The notes under the pieces are model-generated. The model saw only the letters and a program-made list of their open reading frames with translations. It was not told where the DNA came from and made no database searches. A DNA stretch of 64,000 bases from Candidatus Latescibacterota bacterium (GTDB lineage Bacteria > Latescibacterota > UBA2968 > UBA8231). Position numbers and translations under genes: made by a program. Below, in pieces: positions 53,393 to 63,933 of this stretch (its first letter is position 1; each line of letters begins with the position of its first letter). Where the stretch lies: positions 5,184,001 through 5,248,000 of the forward strand of contig OZ242214.1 in the NCBI GenBank assembly GCA_965206595.1. The letters are read 5' to 3'.

Positions 53393-56300
53393 ATGGACGT
53401 GCATTGATAGTGAGCGAAGAGCCTTCGTCTCCAAGTTGGCCGAGGAGAACCGGGGGTTCTATGGATCCCCCGATGGCCGCGGCATACTACGAACATTCGA
53501 GTTGGCCTTCGAGAGTCAATGGGTATACCTGTTTGAACTTGCCCAGAATGCACTCGATGCAGGGGCACACTCCATCGCCATTCGGCTCGCAGAGGAGGGG
53601 GAGGTTCTGACCTTCCAACACGACGGAGAACAACCGCTTGACGAGAGAGACGTCGAGGGACTCTCGAAAGTCTTCCGGTCGACCAAGGGCGCCTCATCCG
53701 TGGGTTTCATGGGACTCGGTTTCAAGAGCGTTTTCGGGCGGTTTCAAGATGCCCGCGTCTCCGGGTGCGGTTGGACATTCCGCTATGAAACCACCCAAGT
53801 GGTGGGCGAGGAGTATGGAGACGTACAACGGGATCTGCTTGGGGCGGTCGTCCCGCTCTGGGACGACACGATCCCGGCACCCGAACCTGGTTTCACGACC
53901 CGCTTCGAGATGCACCGGCCAACCGAAGAAGGACGGGATCTCCAATCGGACTTGGCGCACTTTCTACCCGAGGGAAGTCGCACGATACTCGCGATCTTGG
54001 CGGCGTCCGGCCTGGAGCGCCTCGAAGTGAACGATCAAGAGTGGGAATTGGGCACCAGTGAGGAGCCCGGGGGGAGCTTGGTGGTGACCGCGTTTACGCA
54101 CGACGAAAACCGGCTCTGGCGGCTATTCCGGGCGCAATTTCGACCTTCCAGGGAAGCGGTTGCGTGTTTTCTCGAACACAGGAGAATCCAGCCTTCCGAG
54201 GAAGAGCGCGAGCAGGTCTACGCTGAAGCTGCCCGTGACCGCCGGGTGTTGGGGGTGCTGCCCCTGGACAACGACGGCATGCCCAAGCCACCGCCCAGGG
54301 GACGGGTCTGGGCCACCTTGCCCACTGAGGTTACTCTGCCTTTTGGCCTGCACATCAATGCCGACTGGCTGTTGAACATCTCCCGGACCGGGCTACGAGA
54401 GATCGAAGACAATCCCTGGCAGCGTGGTATCGCGGACAGCATCGCGGACATATTGGCGGGCTTCCTCGAGTGGTCTGCTGATACGCTTGCGGAGCCCGAC
54501 AGGGCCAAGGCGGCTTTCAATGCCCTCGCGTTGCCATCTCCCGAAGCTGGAGGACTTGAAACACTTCTTGCCAGTGAGCACTGGCTATCGGGGTTGCGGA
54601 ATCGCCTTGAAGAGGCTGCGGTGTTTCCCGTTTGGACCGGGGAAACCGGGAGGCTGGCGTTCTCGAAACCGGGCGATACCGTCGTTCCGCCCGCCGCGTT
54701 GGCGAGAGCGTTCAGCAAATATCCGGATCTGCGACCGGCGGTTCTTCTGAAAGGGTCCGTGCTCATGGGCGATGTGCTTGGACCCGATGCGCTCAAGCTT
54801 CTGCGCCGAATTGGCCTTCTCTGCGAGATGTCGCCACAAGAATTGGAGCAAGCGTGGCAGGGTGGTCTGGAAGATTGGTGGAAACAGTTCCCCGGAGAGC
54901 ACGAGAGCCGGCCGCGTCTGCTTTTTCGCCTATGGGCTGCTGTCGCCGATCTGCTTTCTGATGAGGCTTGGCGGGATGTCGATCTTCATTGCATTCGTTC
55001 CGTCGCCGGCAAATGGCACCCGGTGACCGAGGTCGTATTCCTCAACGAGAGGCTTCCTACCAAAAGGGAGCCGGGCGGATCCGAAACCCGCGGATTCGTG
55101 GAGCCGCTCGTCCCGGACGAGAACCGCCTGGGGGACGAATGGGTTGCCACCCTTCGCCAACGGAGACGCACACGAGCCTGAGCAGAAGATCCTTTCGCAA
55201 GCTTGGGATTGGATTGAGAGGCACGCCCGCGGCATCAGTCTCCAGGAGGTAGTCGAGGCTGCCGTGAACAATCTGATGTTATCAGCGAGTCCAGACTGGT
55301 CGGTGCTCGTACCACTCGGGCACTGGTCGAAGCACCGAAATCGACCTGGCCTGTTGACTCACGTGTTCGTGGTGTCGGAGACCGGTCAGCGGGGTTTGCC
55401 GGTCCGCGAGGCACTCCTGGCAATCCCCTATGTGGATTACGGTAAGGACCGTGGCCTCCTGTTTCCGGCTAACCCGGCGATCTCACCGGCTTACCTGGAC
55501 CAGGATCCAAAGCATGCAAGCTCAAGGGAATGGCGGGCGTTCTTCGAGGAAGCTGGCGCGAAGGGAGGGCTCGAAGTTCGTACTGTGAAGGAATGGGCTG
55601 GCCGAGGATGGGGGAAAGAGCGTGTTGCGGAGTTTCTGGGCTGGGAGGTTAGTGCGGTGCCTTGGCCGAATCAGGCCGGCTACGAACTTCTGGACTTCGA
55701 AATAGTACCGGAGCTTCCCGATCCAGATGCACCCGATGAACACCGAGCGGCTCTCACTACTTTGCTGGATGATAGCTTCAATGTCTTGAGAGGAAAGGGC
55801 CTACGCCAGTGCAAATACGTCTGGCGTTCGTCCTACACCTGCACGGGGGGCGCGCAGAGCGCCTGGGTGATCAAGCTATCCAAACTGGCATGGGTGCCCT
55901 GTGAAGATGGCGAACTCCGGCGTCCGCAGGACGCACTTCCAGGGGCCGACCCGGCACGGGAAGACGCACCGGTTGCGCAACTTTCGCCCGAACTCCTGTC
56001 CGTATTGGAGCAGGAAGGCGTGAAATTCGGTACGGCCATTCCCGAAGCTACATCCCTCCGCAGACTGGCGGCAGTAGGCTTCCGACTCGATGCAGAAGAG
56101 CTGGCGGAGCTTCTTTCCCAGTGCCGCCACCAGGTAACGTCGGACAAGGACAGGGGCTTGTTAGATCGAGCTCTCCAAGAGCTTACAGTTCCGTCGAGTA
56201 ACAGCCAGCGTTTCCCGCTCGATCGGATCGTCCGGCGGGTCGGGGGTAGCCACCGAGGCGGGCTGGGTGGCTGGGTCGTACCGGTGGATCGGATCGAAGA

Positions 56301-57969
56301 CGTGGTGCGCAGGGAATTGGAACATCCCAATTTCGCCCGCGACTTCCCGGACACTACCACCGGCGGCCAGGCTCTGGATTACATCCGGGAGGTCTGGAAG
56401 CGTGCCCGTTCGTCGCCCGAAGGGTTGGCGAACGAGGCGCGCGACGTGCTCCCGACCGCCTATGCCTACTGCCTGGAAGACTGTCAAGAGGATGTGGCGC
56501 TTTCTGAACAATGGGAGGAAGCCGCTACGGAGGCGGTGGTCTTTGCCGAGCGGGACTGGGTTGTCTTGACCGAGGCTGACAACACCTATTTGGACGACAT
56601 CGAAGATCGGCGATTTCTCCCAGGCCAACTCCAGGTGCGAATTGTCACGGGCGGACACCTGGGCCATTCGAAGTCGCAGCAACTTTGCACTGCGGAAGCG
56701 ATTGGCCTGCCGCTTCTGTCGTCTTCCGTCACGATGGAATGGCATTTCGGAGAAGAGACGTCTGTCGCCGAAGAGTGGGTTTCCAGGTTCGACATCATCT
56801 GTCGGCTTCTTCAACGGGTTCGGGGGAGCGAGCAAGAGGAAAGCGACAAGGTGGGAATCGAGACCGAAAAGCTCCCGAGGCTGAGCCCTGTTCGCGAGCT
56901 TGCTCTCGATGTGCGTGTGCTTGACGGTGACACCGAGCATGTGCCTGTGAACGCCCGCCTGCACGAGAGCGCTCTGACCGTCGCGGGCCGTCCGATTCAG
57001 TTCGCATCCGACGCTGCCAAGGAACTCCTACGAGAATTTTCGTTCGGACAGCGTGCAGATCTTGCTGCCGACCTCACTGGCATGTTGACCGCAATCAACG
57101 CGGAACAGGATTTCTGTTTGGCCGTGGACAAGTTCCGGCGCTCCCATGCTCCGAAATTCGAATTGCCGCCAGTGTCCCGGCTATATGGGGATCATGAAGA
57201 AGCAACGGGTCCGGGGCACGAGCCGACTCGACCGGCGAGTACCGACGCACCAGTACCAGTCGCGGACGAAAGGCCGGGAGCGGTGCCCCTCCGGGTCAAC
57301 CGGGCTCTTCCGACGCCTCTGGGCGTGGAAAGTCCAATCTGCCCGGCGATGGCAAGGCCGTCGATGACCAGACAGGACAACCCGGTGAGCTCGAGGGCGG
57401 GGGTCTGGTTTCAACGGGCGGCTCTTACACCAGGGACAGAGCTCTTGCCCAACAGAACGCCCTGGCGGAACAGTTGAGGAGTTCGCTGAAAGGGGAGATC
57501 GCGCCCAACCCTGAAGAGGACGATGCAGGCGAGACCGGGATCTCCAACGAAGACCGGCCCGCGGTTCTCGGGGACGAAGAGTACCGAAAGGTTGCGGCGC
57601 GATACGAGAGAGAAGCAGGCCGAGAGCCAGAGCTTGGCGATCCCCGTCAAACCGGCTGGGATATCCGCAGTACTGACCCGAGGACCAAGGCGGTTCGGCT
57701 GATCGAGGTGAAAGGAAGGGGCCGTCCCTGGGATGAAGACGAGGTCGTGGAGCTGACGCGCGCTCAGGATAGGCAAGGCGTTTGAAACGGCGGAAAAGCA
57801 GGCAACGGATTCGTGGTACCTCTATGCAGTGGAGAAGACGGATGACGACGGCTACCAAGTGCTCCCCATCGGGAATCCGATTCAGACCGCCGCGAAATGG
57901 ATACTTCCCGGTAAATCGTGGCGGATGGCGGCGGAGAGCCCTAAATCTGTTGCCGGTCCTGAAAACTGA
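53393..57969 (+). pseudogene. Large sacsin-like GHKL ATPase with C-terminal DUF3883 (NO VEIN C-terminal) nuclease-like domain, split
   Basis: ELAQNALDAGA, QHDG, GFMGLGFKSV and LHINADW; C-terminal GWDIRS...IEVKG...ELT..Q. Frame breaks near 55170, 57200-57300 and 57770. Start inferred. Confidence 0.75.
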
Positions 57970-58088
57970 TCCCGGAGGTTCATCTGAGGTGCGTTCGACG
58001 AATGTCCAGCTCCCGAAAGAATCCAGGGAATTTCGGGAAAACTTCCTGCCTCCTGTTGGCAAATTCGCAATAGACCATCGCCTTGAGA

Positions 58089-58724
58089 GGGCAAGCCCCA
58101 TTTTCCGTTGAAACAAAGCACAGGCTCGGTTGAGTTGATCAGCCCGTCATGGCGAGCTGTTTGATACCGAGCTCGGCTTGCAGGGCGTGCCGTAGCGTCG
58201 GCAAGTGACGGTAGCCTTTGACCCGGCGCCTGCCCGCGCGCGGGCAGGCGGGCAGACGTGGTTCGATGTCCAGCAGCGCCGTGGCGACCCAGCGGTGACG
58301 CTGCGATGAATTGCTCCAGCGCCGCACATTGTGTGCGTCAACTGCTCAAAAAGGCCGTTGACGTTCTCGATACAGTTGGTGGTACGGAAGGTACGGAAGA
58401 ATCCTTCAGCATCGGCATCAGCCCCAAACGGTGCAGCGCCAGAGTCTCTTCCAGACCTTCCTTGAGGCTTCGCAGGGCGGACCGGTTCCTCAGCTCCAAG
58501 CCCGGTTTGAGCGCCTCCAGGGCGGCCTTGGCCTCCTCGTAGGTCGCTTGTGCGTAGGCCGCTTCCATTTTGCGACGGATACGGTCTTGCTCGCTCTTGG
58601 GCAGATACGAAACGACGTTCTGGCGCTTGTGCTGGCAGCGCTGCACGCAGGCATGCCATCCTAGCACCGACCGCACCGCCTTGTACAGTCCCTTACTCGA
58701 ATCCGGCCCGGCTTCATACTGCAA
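58089..58724 (-). mobile_element. Truncated IS256 remnant (3' part with right IR)
   Basis: Terminal GGGCAAGCCCCATTTTCCGTTGAAACAAAGCACAGGCTC; highly similar to about 1417-2035 of the first copy; several indels. Confidence 0.9.
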
Positions 58725-58899
58725 TCCGGTCGTTACCGTTCCCCGGACGTCAGGACTGCTCGGGCTGACCGCCCCGCCGACACGGAAGGGGATTGAACTG
58801 CTGGAGGACCTTGGCGTGGTTCGCGAGATCACCGGCAAGCGTCGCGGCCGCGCCTACGCTAACCACGAGTACCTTCAAGTCTTTACCGGTGACGAGTAG
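58725..58899 (+). pseudogene. C-terminal remnant of a Fic-family gene
   Basis: LEDLGVVREITGKRRGRAYANHEYL resembles the C-terminus of Fic 37789-38949; cut off by the IS remnant. Confidence 0.65.
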
Positions 58900-58997
58900 G
58901 TGATCCTTCCGTCCGCGATACCTGGCCTGGCAAGTTCAGTAGCCGAACAAATCCAGACCGGGATGAAGTGGCTCTTGCGCAAGGGCACGTGCGGCGC

Positions 58998-59015
58998 ATC
59001 TTATCGAGATAAGAT
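58998..59015. promoter_or_regulatory. Probable TA autoregulatory operator
   Basis: Perfect IR ATCTTATC-GA-GATAAGAT just before the antitoxin RBS. Confidence 0.65.
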
Positions 59016-59030
59016 AAAAAGGAGATATAA

Positions 59031-59312
59031 ATGGACTATCTGGCGGTAAAGGATCTCAAAAAGACCAGAGAACTCTGGGAAAAGCTTGCCAGGGAGCGAG
59101 AGCTGGTCATTACCCGGGACGGCAAGCCATCGGCCTTGATGATCAGCATCTCACCGGAGACCGTGGAAGAGTCGTTGCGCGAGATACGTCGGGCGCTCTT
59201 CTCGGGCGCCGTCAGCCGGGTGCGAAAGCGGGCAGAGAAGGAAGGGATACCGGACGGCCCAACGATTGCAGCAGAGATCGATCAGAGCAGGAAGGACCAA
59301 GGCCTGTCTTGA
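59031..59312 (+). CDS. Phd/YefM antitoxin
   Basis: LAVKDLK...ELVITRDGKPSALM; AAGGAG RBS. Confidence 0.85.
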   Translation: MDYLAVKDLKKTRELWEKLARERELVITRDGKPSALMISISPETVEESLREIRRALFSGAVSRVRKRAEKEGIPDGPTIAAEIDQSRKDQGLS

Positions 59313-59734
59313 GAGTGGTCCTCGACACCAACGTCCTGGTATCGGGGCTGATCAACCCTCACGGCTACCCCGGGCGGATTGTCGACTTGCTGCGTGTGGA
59401 CGTGTTGGAGGTCGTGGTGGATGACCGCATTCTGGCCGAGTACCACGATGTCCTTGCTCGCGAGGCTTTCGGCAGGTACTTCTCGAAGCCAGACCGGGAA
59501 GCCATACTGGACTACCTCGACAACAACGCACTGCACATCGCCCCTCACTTGGTCTTGGCCCCTTTGCCGGATCCCGGGGACACGCCGTTCCTGGAGGTGG
59601 CACTGTCCGAGGATGTGCCCCTGGTGACCGGAAATGCGAGCCACTTCCCTCCGGAAAGGCGGAGAAACTGCGAAGTGTTCAGTCCAAGGGAGTTTTTCCA
59701 CAGGCACTATCCCGCCGGGTCAAAGGGGGAATGA
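59309..59734 (+). CDS. PIN-family toxin
   Basis: MRVVLDTNVLVSG...AEY...DPGD.PFLE.A...VTGN..HF; overlaps the antitoxin stop. Confidence 0.9.
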   Translation: MRVVLDTNVLVSGLINPHGYPGRIVDLLRVDVLEVVVDDRILAEYHDVLAREAFGRYFSKPDREAILDYLDNNALHIAPHLVLAPLPDPGDTPFLEVALSEDVPLVTGNASHFPPERRRNCEVFSPREFFHRHYPAGSKGE

Positions 59735-60944
59735 ACTCCGGGGGGCACATCAGGACCGCCAACCTCCCTCCCCGCCTGCGCGCCGCCGGACTGGTGCTGC
59801 CGCTACTGGCCTTCATCGGCCTGACCTTCGTCGCCCCCCTGGCAACCATGCTCCTGCGTAGCGTGTACGACTCGGTGGTCGCGGAAGCTCTCCCCGAAAC
59901 CCTCGGCCTGCTGCGCCAGTGGGATGGGAAGGCCCCCCCGCCGAAGCGGTGTACGAGGCAGCCGCACGAGAGCTGGCAAAGGCGCGCGCGGAGCGGACCC
60001 TCGGTCAGGTTGCCAGCCGCGTGAACCGCATTCACGGCGGACTGCGCAGCGTCCTGACCCGCAGTACGCGCAAGTTGCAGAAGGTCGGCGAAGGGCCCTG
60101 GCGCGATGCCATGATCGGAGTCGACGATGCCTGGGGGGAGGTGCGGACCTGGCACGCGATCCGCAGCGCCGGGGAACGGTTCACCGCGCGGCATTACCTG
60201 AACGCCCTCGACCTGCAACGGCTGCCCGACGGGTCGGTCGCCCGCCAGCCGGAGGAGCGCCGGATCTATCTGCCTCTGCTGTGGCGCACCCTGCTGGTGA
60301 GCCTGGGAATCACCGGGCTGTGCCTGTTGCTGGGCTACCCCATCGCCCACCTGATCGCACATGCCCCCCCGCACCGCGCCAACCTGCTTCTGGCGCTGGT
60401 GCTCGTACCGTTCTGGACCTCCCTGCTGGTGCGGACGACTTCCTGGATCGTCCTGCTTCAGAACCAGGGGGTTCTCAACGACGCCCTCGTGGCCCTGGGG
60501 CTGATCGGGGACGATGGCAGGCTAGCCATGATCTACAACATGACCGGTACCTTCGTGGCGATGACCCACGTGCTGCTCCCCTTCATGGTGCTGCCGCTCT
60601 ACTCGATCATGCGCGCCATACCTCCGGTCCAGATGAGCGCCGCGGCCTCGCTGGGGGCCAATCCGCTACAGGCTTTCTGCCGGGTGTACTGGCCGCAGAC
60701 GCTCCCCGGCGTCGGCGCCGGCTCGCTGCTGGTCTTCATCCTCGCCATCGGCTACTACATCACCCCCGCGCTGGTGGGGGGCAGCAGCGGCCAGCTGATT
60801 TCCAACATGATCGCCTACCACATGCAGACCTCCCTCAACTGGTCTCTCGCCGCGGCCCTCGGCGGCATTCTCCTGGTCTGCGTGATCGCCCTTTACTGGC
60901 TCTACGATCGCCTGGTGGGCGTCGAGCGCATGAGGCTGGGCTGA
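59731..60944 (+). pseudogene. PotB-like ABC permease, frameshifted
   Basis: LLGYP.A, PFWTSLLVR, HVLLPFMVLP and AAASLGA; one base missing near 59925-59939. Confidence 0.85.
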
Positions 60945-60945
60945 A

Positions 60946-61685
60946 ATGACGCCCCAGGGCAGAGAGCGCATCGTCCGGTTTGCCTACCTGGCCTTTTGCG
61001 CCGCGGTGTTCGCCTTTCTCGTGGCGCCGATTCTGGTGATCGTGCCGTTGAGCTTCAACGCCGAGCCCTACTTCACTTTCACTGACGGCATGCTGCGCCT
61101 CGACGCCGAGGCGTACTCGCTGCGCTGGTACCGCCAGATCGTCGAAGAGGATGCGTGGACGCGCGCCCTGGCCAACAGTCTGATCATCGGCGTCGCCTCC
61201 ACGGCGCTGGCGACCACACTCGGAACGCTGGCGGCCCTGGGCCTGTCGAGCGCCGCCATGCCGGCCCGCCGCCTGGCGATGGGATTGCTGATCTCGCCGA
61301 TGGTGACCCCGGTGATCATCTCGGCTGCGGGCATGTTCTTCTTCTACTCGAGTCTCGGACTGTCCCAGACCCAACGCGGGCCGCGGCCAGTCTGGGGGCG
61401 GGACCGTTGCGCACCTTCCGCAGCGTGCAGCTGCCCCTGATCGCGCCGGGGGTCGTCTCCGGTGGACTCTTCGCCTTCGCCACTTCCTTCGACGAAGTGG
61501 TCGCCGTGCTCTTCATGGCCGCCCTGGAGCAGCGCACCATCCCGCGCCAGATGTGGGCCGGCATCCGCGAGCAGATCAGCCCGACCATCCTGGCGGTGGC
61601 GACCTTCCTGATCGTCTTTGCCGTGCTGCTGCTGTTCGCCGTGGAATGGCTGCGCCGGCGGGCGAGCTCGGGAGCGGCAGCTTGA
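60946..61685 (+). pseudogene. PotC-like ABC permease with internal deletion
   Basis: LVAPI...SF, SLRWY and ISPM.TP; then an out-of-frame jump near 61373 to RAAASLGA...SFDEV, with the intervening TM segment missing. Confidence 0.82.
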
Positions 61686-61774
61686 TCCCGGCAGCACGCA
61701 ATGTGCACCAAGGCGCATTACCGAATGGAAACCGGGGATTTGAACCAGCTGCTGCCTGACGCGACTTTGAGAGC

Positions 61775-62917
61775 ATGAATGTCTGCATAGCAGGGGCGGG
61801 AATCTTCGGCATGGCCGCGGCTCTCGAGCTGCGCGAGCGCGGCCACGAGGTGACCCTGATCGAACGCGGTGAAATCCCCAACCCGGAGGCGTCGAGCACC
61901 GATGTTTCCAAGGTGATCCGGCGCACCAACTACCCGAACGAGATTTACGTCGAGCTGGTGACGCGGGCGGCGGCGCAGTGGCGGGAATGGCACGAGCGCA
62001 CCAGCCGCTCGATCTACTTCCAGACCGGCAAGCTGATCGCGGTGCACGGATTCGGACCGGAGCACGAGGCGCTGGCCGGCTGGGAGACCCTGAGCCGGTT
62101 GGGCAAGGATGTCACCGAGCTGACCGCCAAAGAGGTGAACCGGCGGTTTCCCCAGTTCACCGTCAGCGACGAGGACAGGCTGTTTTACGATCCCTGGTCC
62201 GGGTACCTGCGCAGCGGTCAGGCGCTGGCCGACCTGGCCGGACTGGCCCGGGAGGCAGGTGTGGAGATTCGCGAGAACACCCTGGTGACCGCCGTCGAAG
62301 AGACCGGTTCCGGCGCCAGGGTAAGGTGGGACACCGAATCGCAGGACTGCGACCGCGCGGTGGTAGCTGCCGGCCCATGGGTGGGGAAGCTGCTGCCGGC
62401 GATGGCGACCCGGGTGCGGATTTCGCGGCAGCAGATGGCCTTCTTCCTCCCGAAGGATCCGGCCCCGTTCGAGCGCGGCCGCTTCCCGGTGTGGTCGATC
62501 CTGTCGCCCGGCAACCTCTGGTACGGATTCCCCTACCTGCACGAGGGGTTCGTCAAGGTGGCCGAGGACAGCAAGGTGGACGACACCACGGTCGATGTCT
62601 CGCGCGAGCCGACGCCGGCGTTTCTCGACTGGGCCCGCGACTTCGTCGCCGCGCGCATCCCGGCCCTCGACGGCGCCGAGCCGGCCGGCGGCCGTTCCTG
62701 TCTCTACACCAACATGGCCGACATGGAGGACGAGCAGTTCGTCATCGACTGGGCCCCGGGGTGTGAGAGGGTGCTGATCGCCGGCTGCGGCTGCGGCCAT
62801 GGCTTCAAGTTCGGCGGCTCCATCGGTCCGGTGATCGCCGACGCCCTGGAAGACAAGGAGAACCGCTTGGGAGACCTGTTCAGGATCGGAACGAGGTTCG
62901 AGAAAGGAGCCGACTGA
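61775..62917 (+). CDS. FAD-dependent oxidoreductase (sarcosine/fructosyl-amine oxidase family)
   Basis: GAGIFG, ASSTDVSKVIR, SCLYT and GHGFKF. Confidence 0.88.
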   Translation: MNVCIAGAGIFGMAAALELRERGHEVTLIERGEIPNPEASSTDVSKVIRRTNYPNEIYVELVTRAAAQWREWHERTSRSIYFQTGKLIAVHGFGPEHEALAGWETLSRLGKDVTELTAKEVNRRFPQFTVSDEDRLFYDPWSGYLRSGQALADLAGLAREAGVEIRENTLVTAVEETGSGARVRWDTESQDCDRAVVAAGPWVGKLLPAMATRVRISRQQMAFFLPKDPAPFERGRFPVWSILSPGNLWYGFPYLHEGFVKVAEDSKVDDTTVDVSREPTPAFLDWARDFVAARIPALDGAEPAGGRSCLYTNMADMEDEQFVIDWAPGCERVLIAGCGCGHGFKFGGSIGPVIADALEDKENRLGDLFRIGTRFEKGAD

Positions 62918-63924
62918 TGGCGAGCGAAGCGAGGCGGATCTACGACGAGGCGATCGTCATCGACGGTCTCAACGTCAGCAACTGGGAGAGCGACGCCGTG
63001 TTCGAGCGTCTGCGGGCCGGCAACATCACCGCCATCAACGCCACCGTGGCAACGTGGGAAAACTTCCTGCAGACCATGGCCCACCTGTCGGTGTGGATGC
63101 GGCGCTTTCGCGAACGCGACGACATCCTGCAGGTGAAGGAGACGGCGGACATTCACATCGCCAAAAAGCTCGGAAGGACCGGGATTATCCTCGGTTTCCA
63201 GAACGCCTCGCCGATAGAGAACGAGCTCGACCGACTGGGGTTGTTCCACGCCCTCGGGGTGCGGGTGATCCAGCTGACCTACCACGAGACCAATCTGCTC
63301 GGCAGCGGCTGCTGGGAGCGGAACGACGCCGGCCTGAGCAACTTCGGAGTAGACGCGGTGCGCGAAATGAACCGGCTCGGCATCGTCATCGACCTGTCGC
63401 ACGTCGGTCCGAAGACGACGCTGGACGCCATCGAGGTCTCCGAGCAGCCGGTCGCCATCACCCATGCCAACGCGCGCAGCTTCTGCGGCCACCGGCGCAA
63501 CAAGGAGGAAGAGGCGCTCCTCGCCCTCGCGGAAAAGGGGGGCGTCGTCGGCGCCACGTCCTTCGTCAACTTCCTTCCCAAGGCATTCGCCTCGACTGTC
63601 GAGGATTTCGTCGATGCCATCGACAACATGGTGGAGCGGATCGGTATCGATCACGTGGCCATCGGCACCGACTCCACCCACGATCAGCCCTTGGAGTTCT
63701 GGCATTACATCTCCTCGCAGCAGGGGACGAAGTTCCCCTCGACCTTTGCCGACGGCTCGATCCCGTACACCGAGCTGAGCTTTCAGCCGAAGGGCATCGA
63801 CAGCCCGGCGGAGTTTCCCAACCTCGCCGACATGCTGGCAAACCGGGGGTACAGCAGCGAGGATATCACCAAGCTGCTGGGCGGGAACTGGATGAACCTT
63901 TTCGAGCGGGTCTGGAACCCGTGA
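62917..63924 (+). CDS. Membrane dipeptidase (peptidase M19) family
   Basis: GVRVIQLTY, GIVIDLSH, THAN, RNK and GIDHVAIGTD; coupled to the oxidase stop. Confidence 0.9.
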   Translation: MASEARRIYDEAIVIDGLNVSNWESDAVFERLRAGNITAINATVATWENFLQTMAHLSVWMRRFRERDDILQVKETADIHIAKKLGRTGIILGFQNASPIENELDRLGLFHALGVRVIQLTYHETNLLGSGCWERNDAGLSNFGVDAVREMNRLGIVIDLSHVGPKTTLDAIEVSEQPVAITHANARSFCGHRRNKEEEALLALAEKGGVVGATSFVNFLPKAFASTVEDFVDAIDNMVERIGIDHVAIGTDSTHDQPLEFWHYISSQQGTKFPSTFADGSIPYTELSFQPKGIDSPAEFPNLADMLANRGYSSEDITKLLGGNWMNLFERVWNP

Positions 63925-63933
63925 GGGAAGGGC

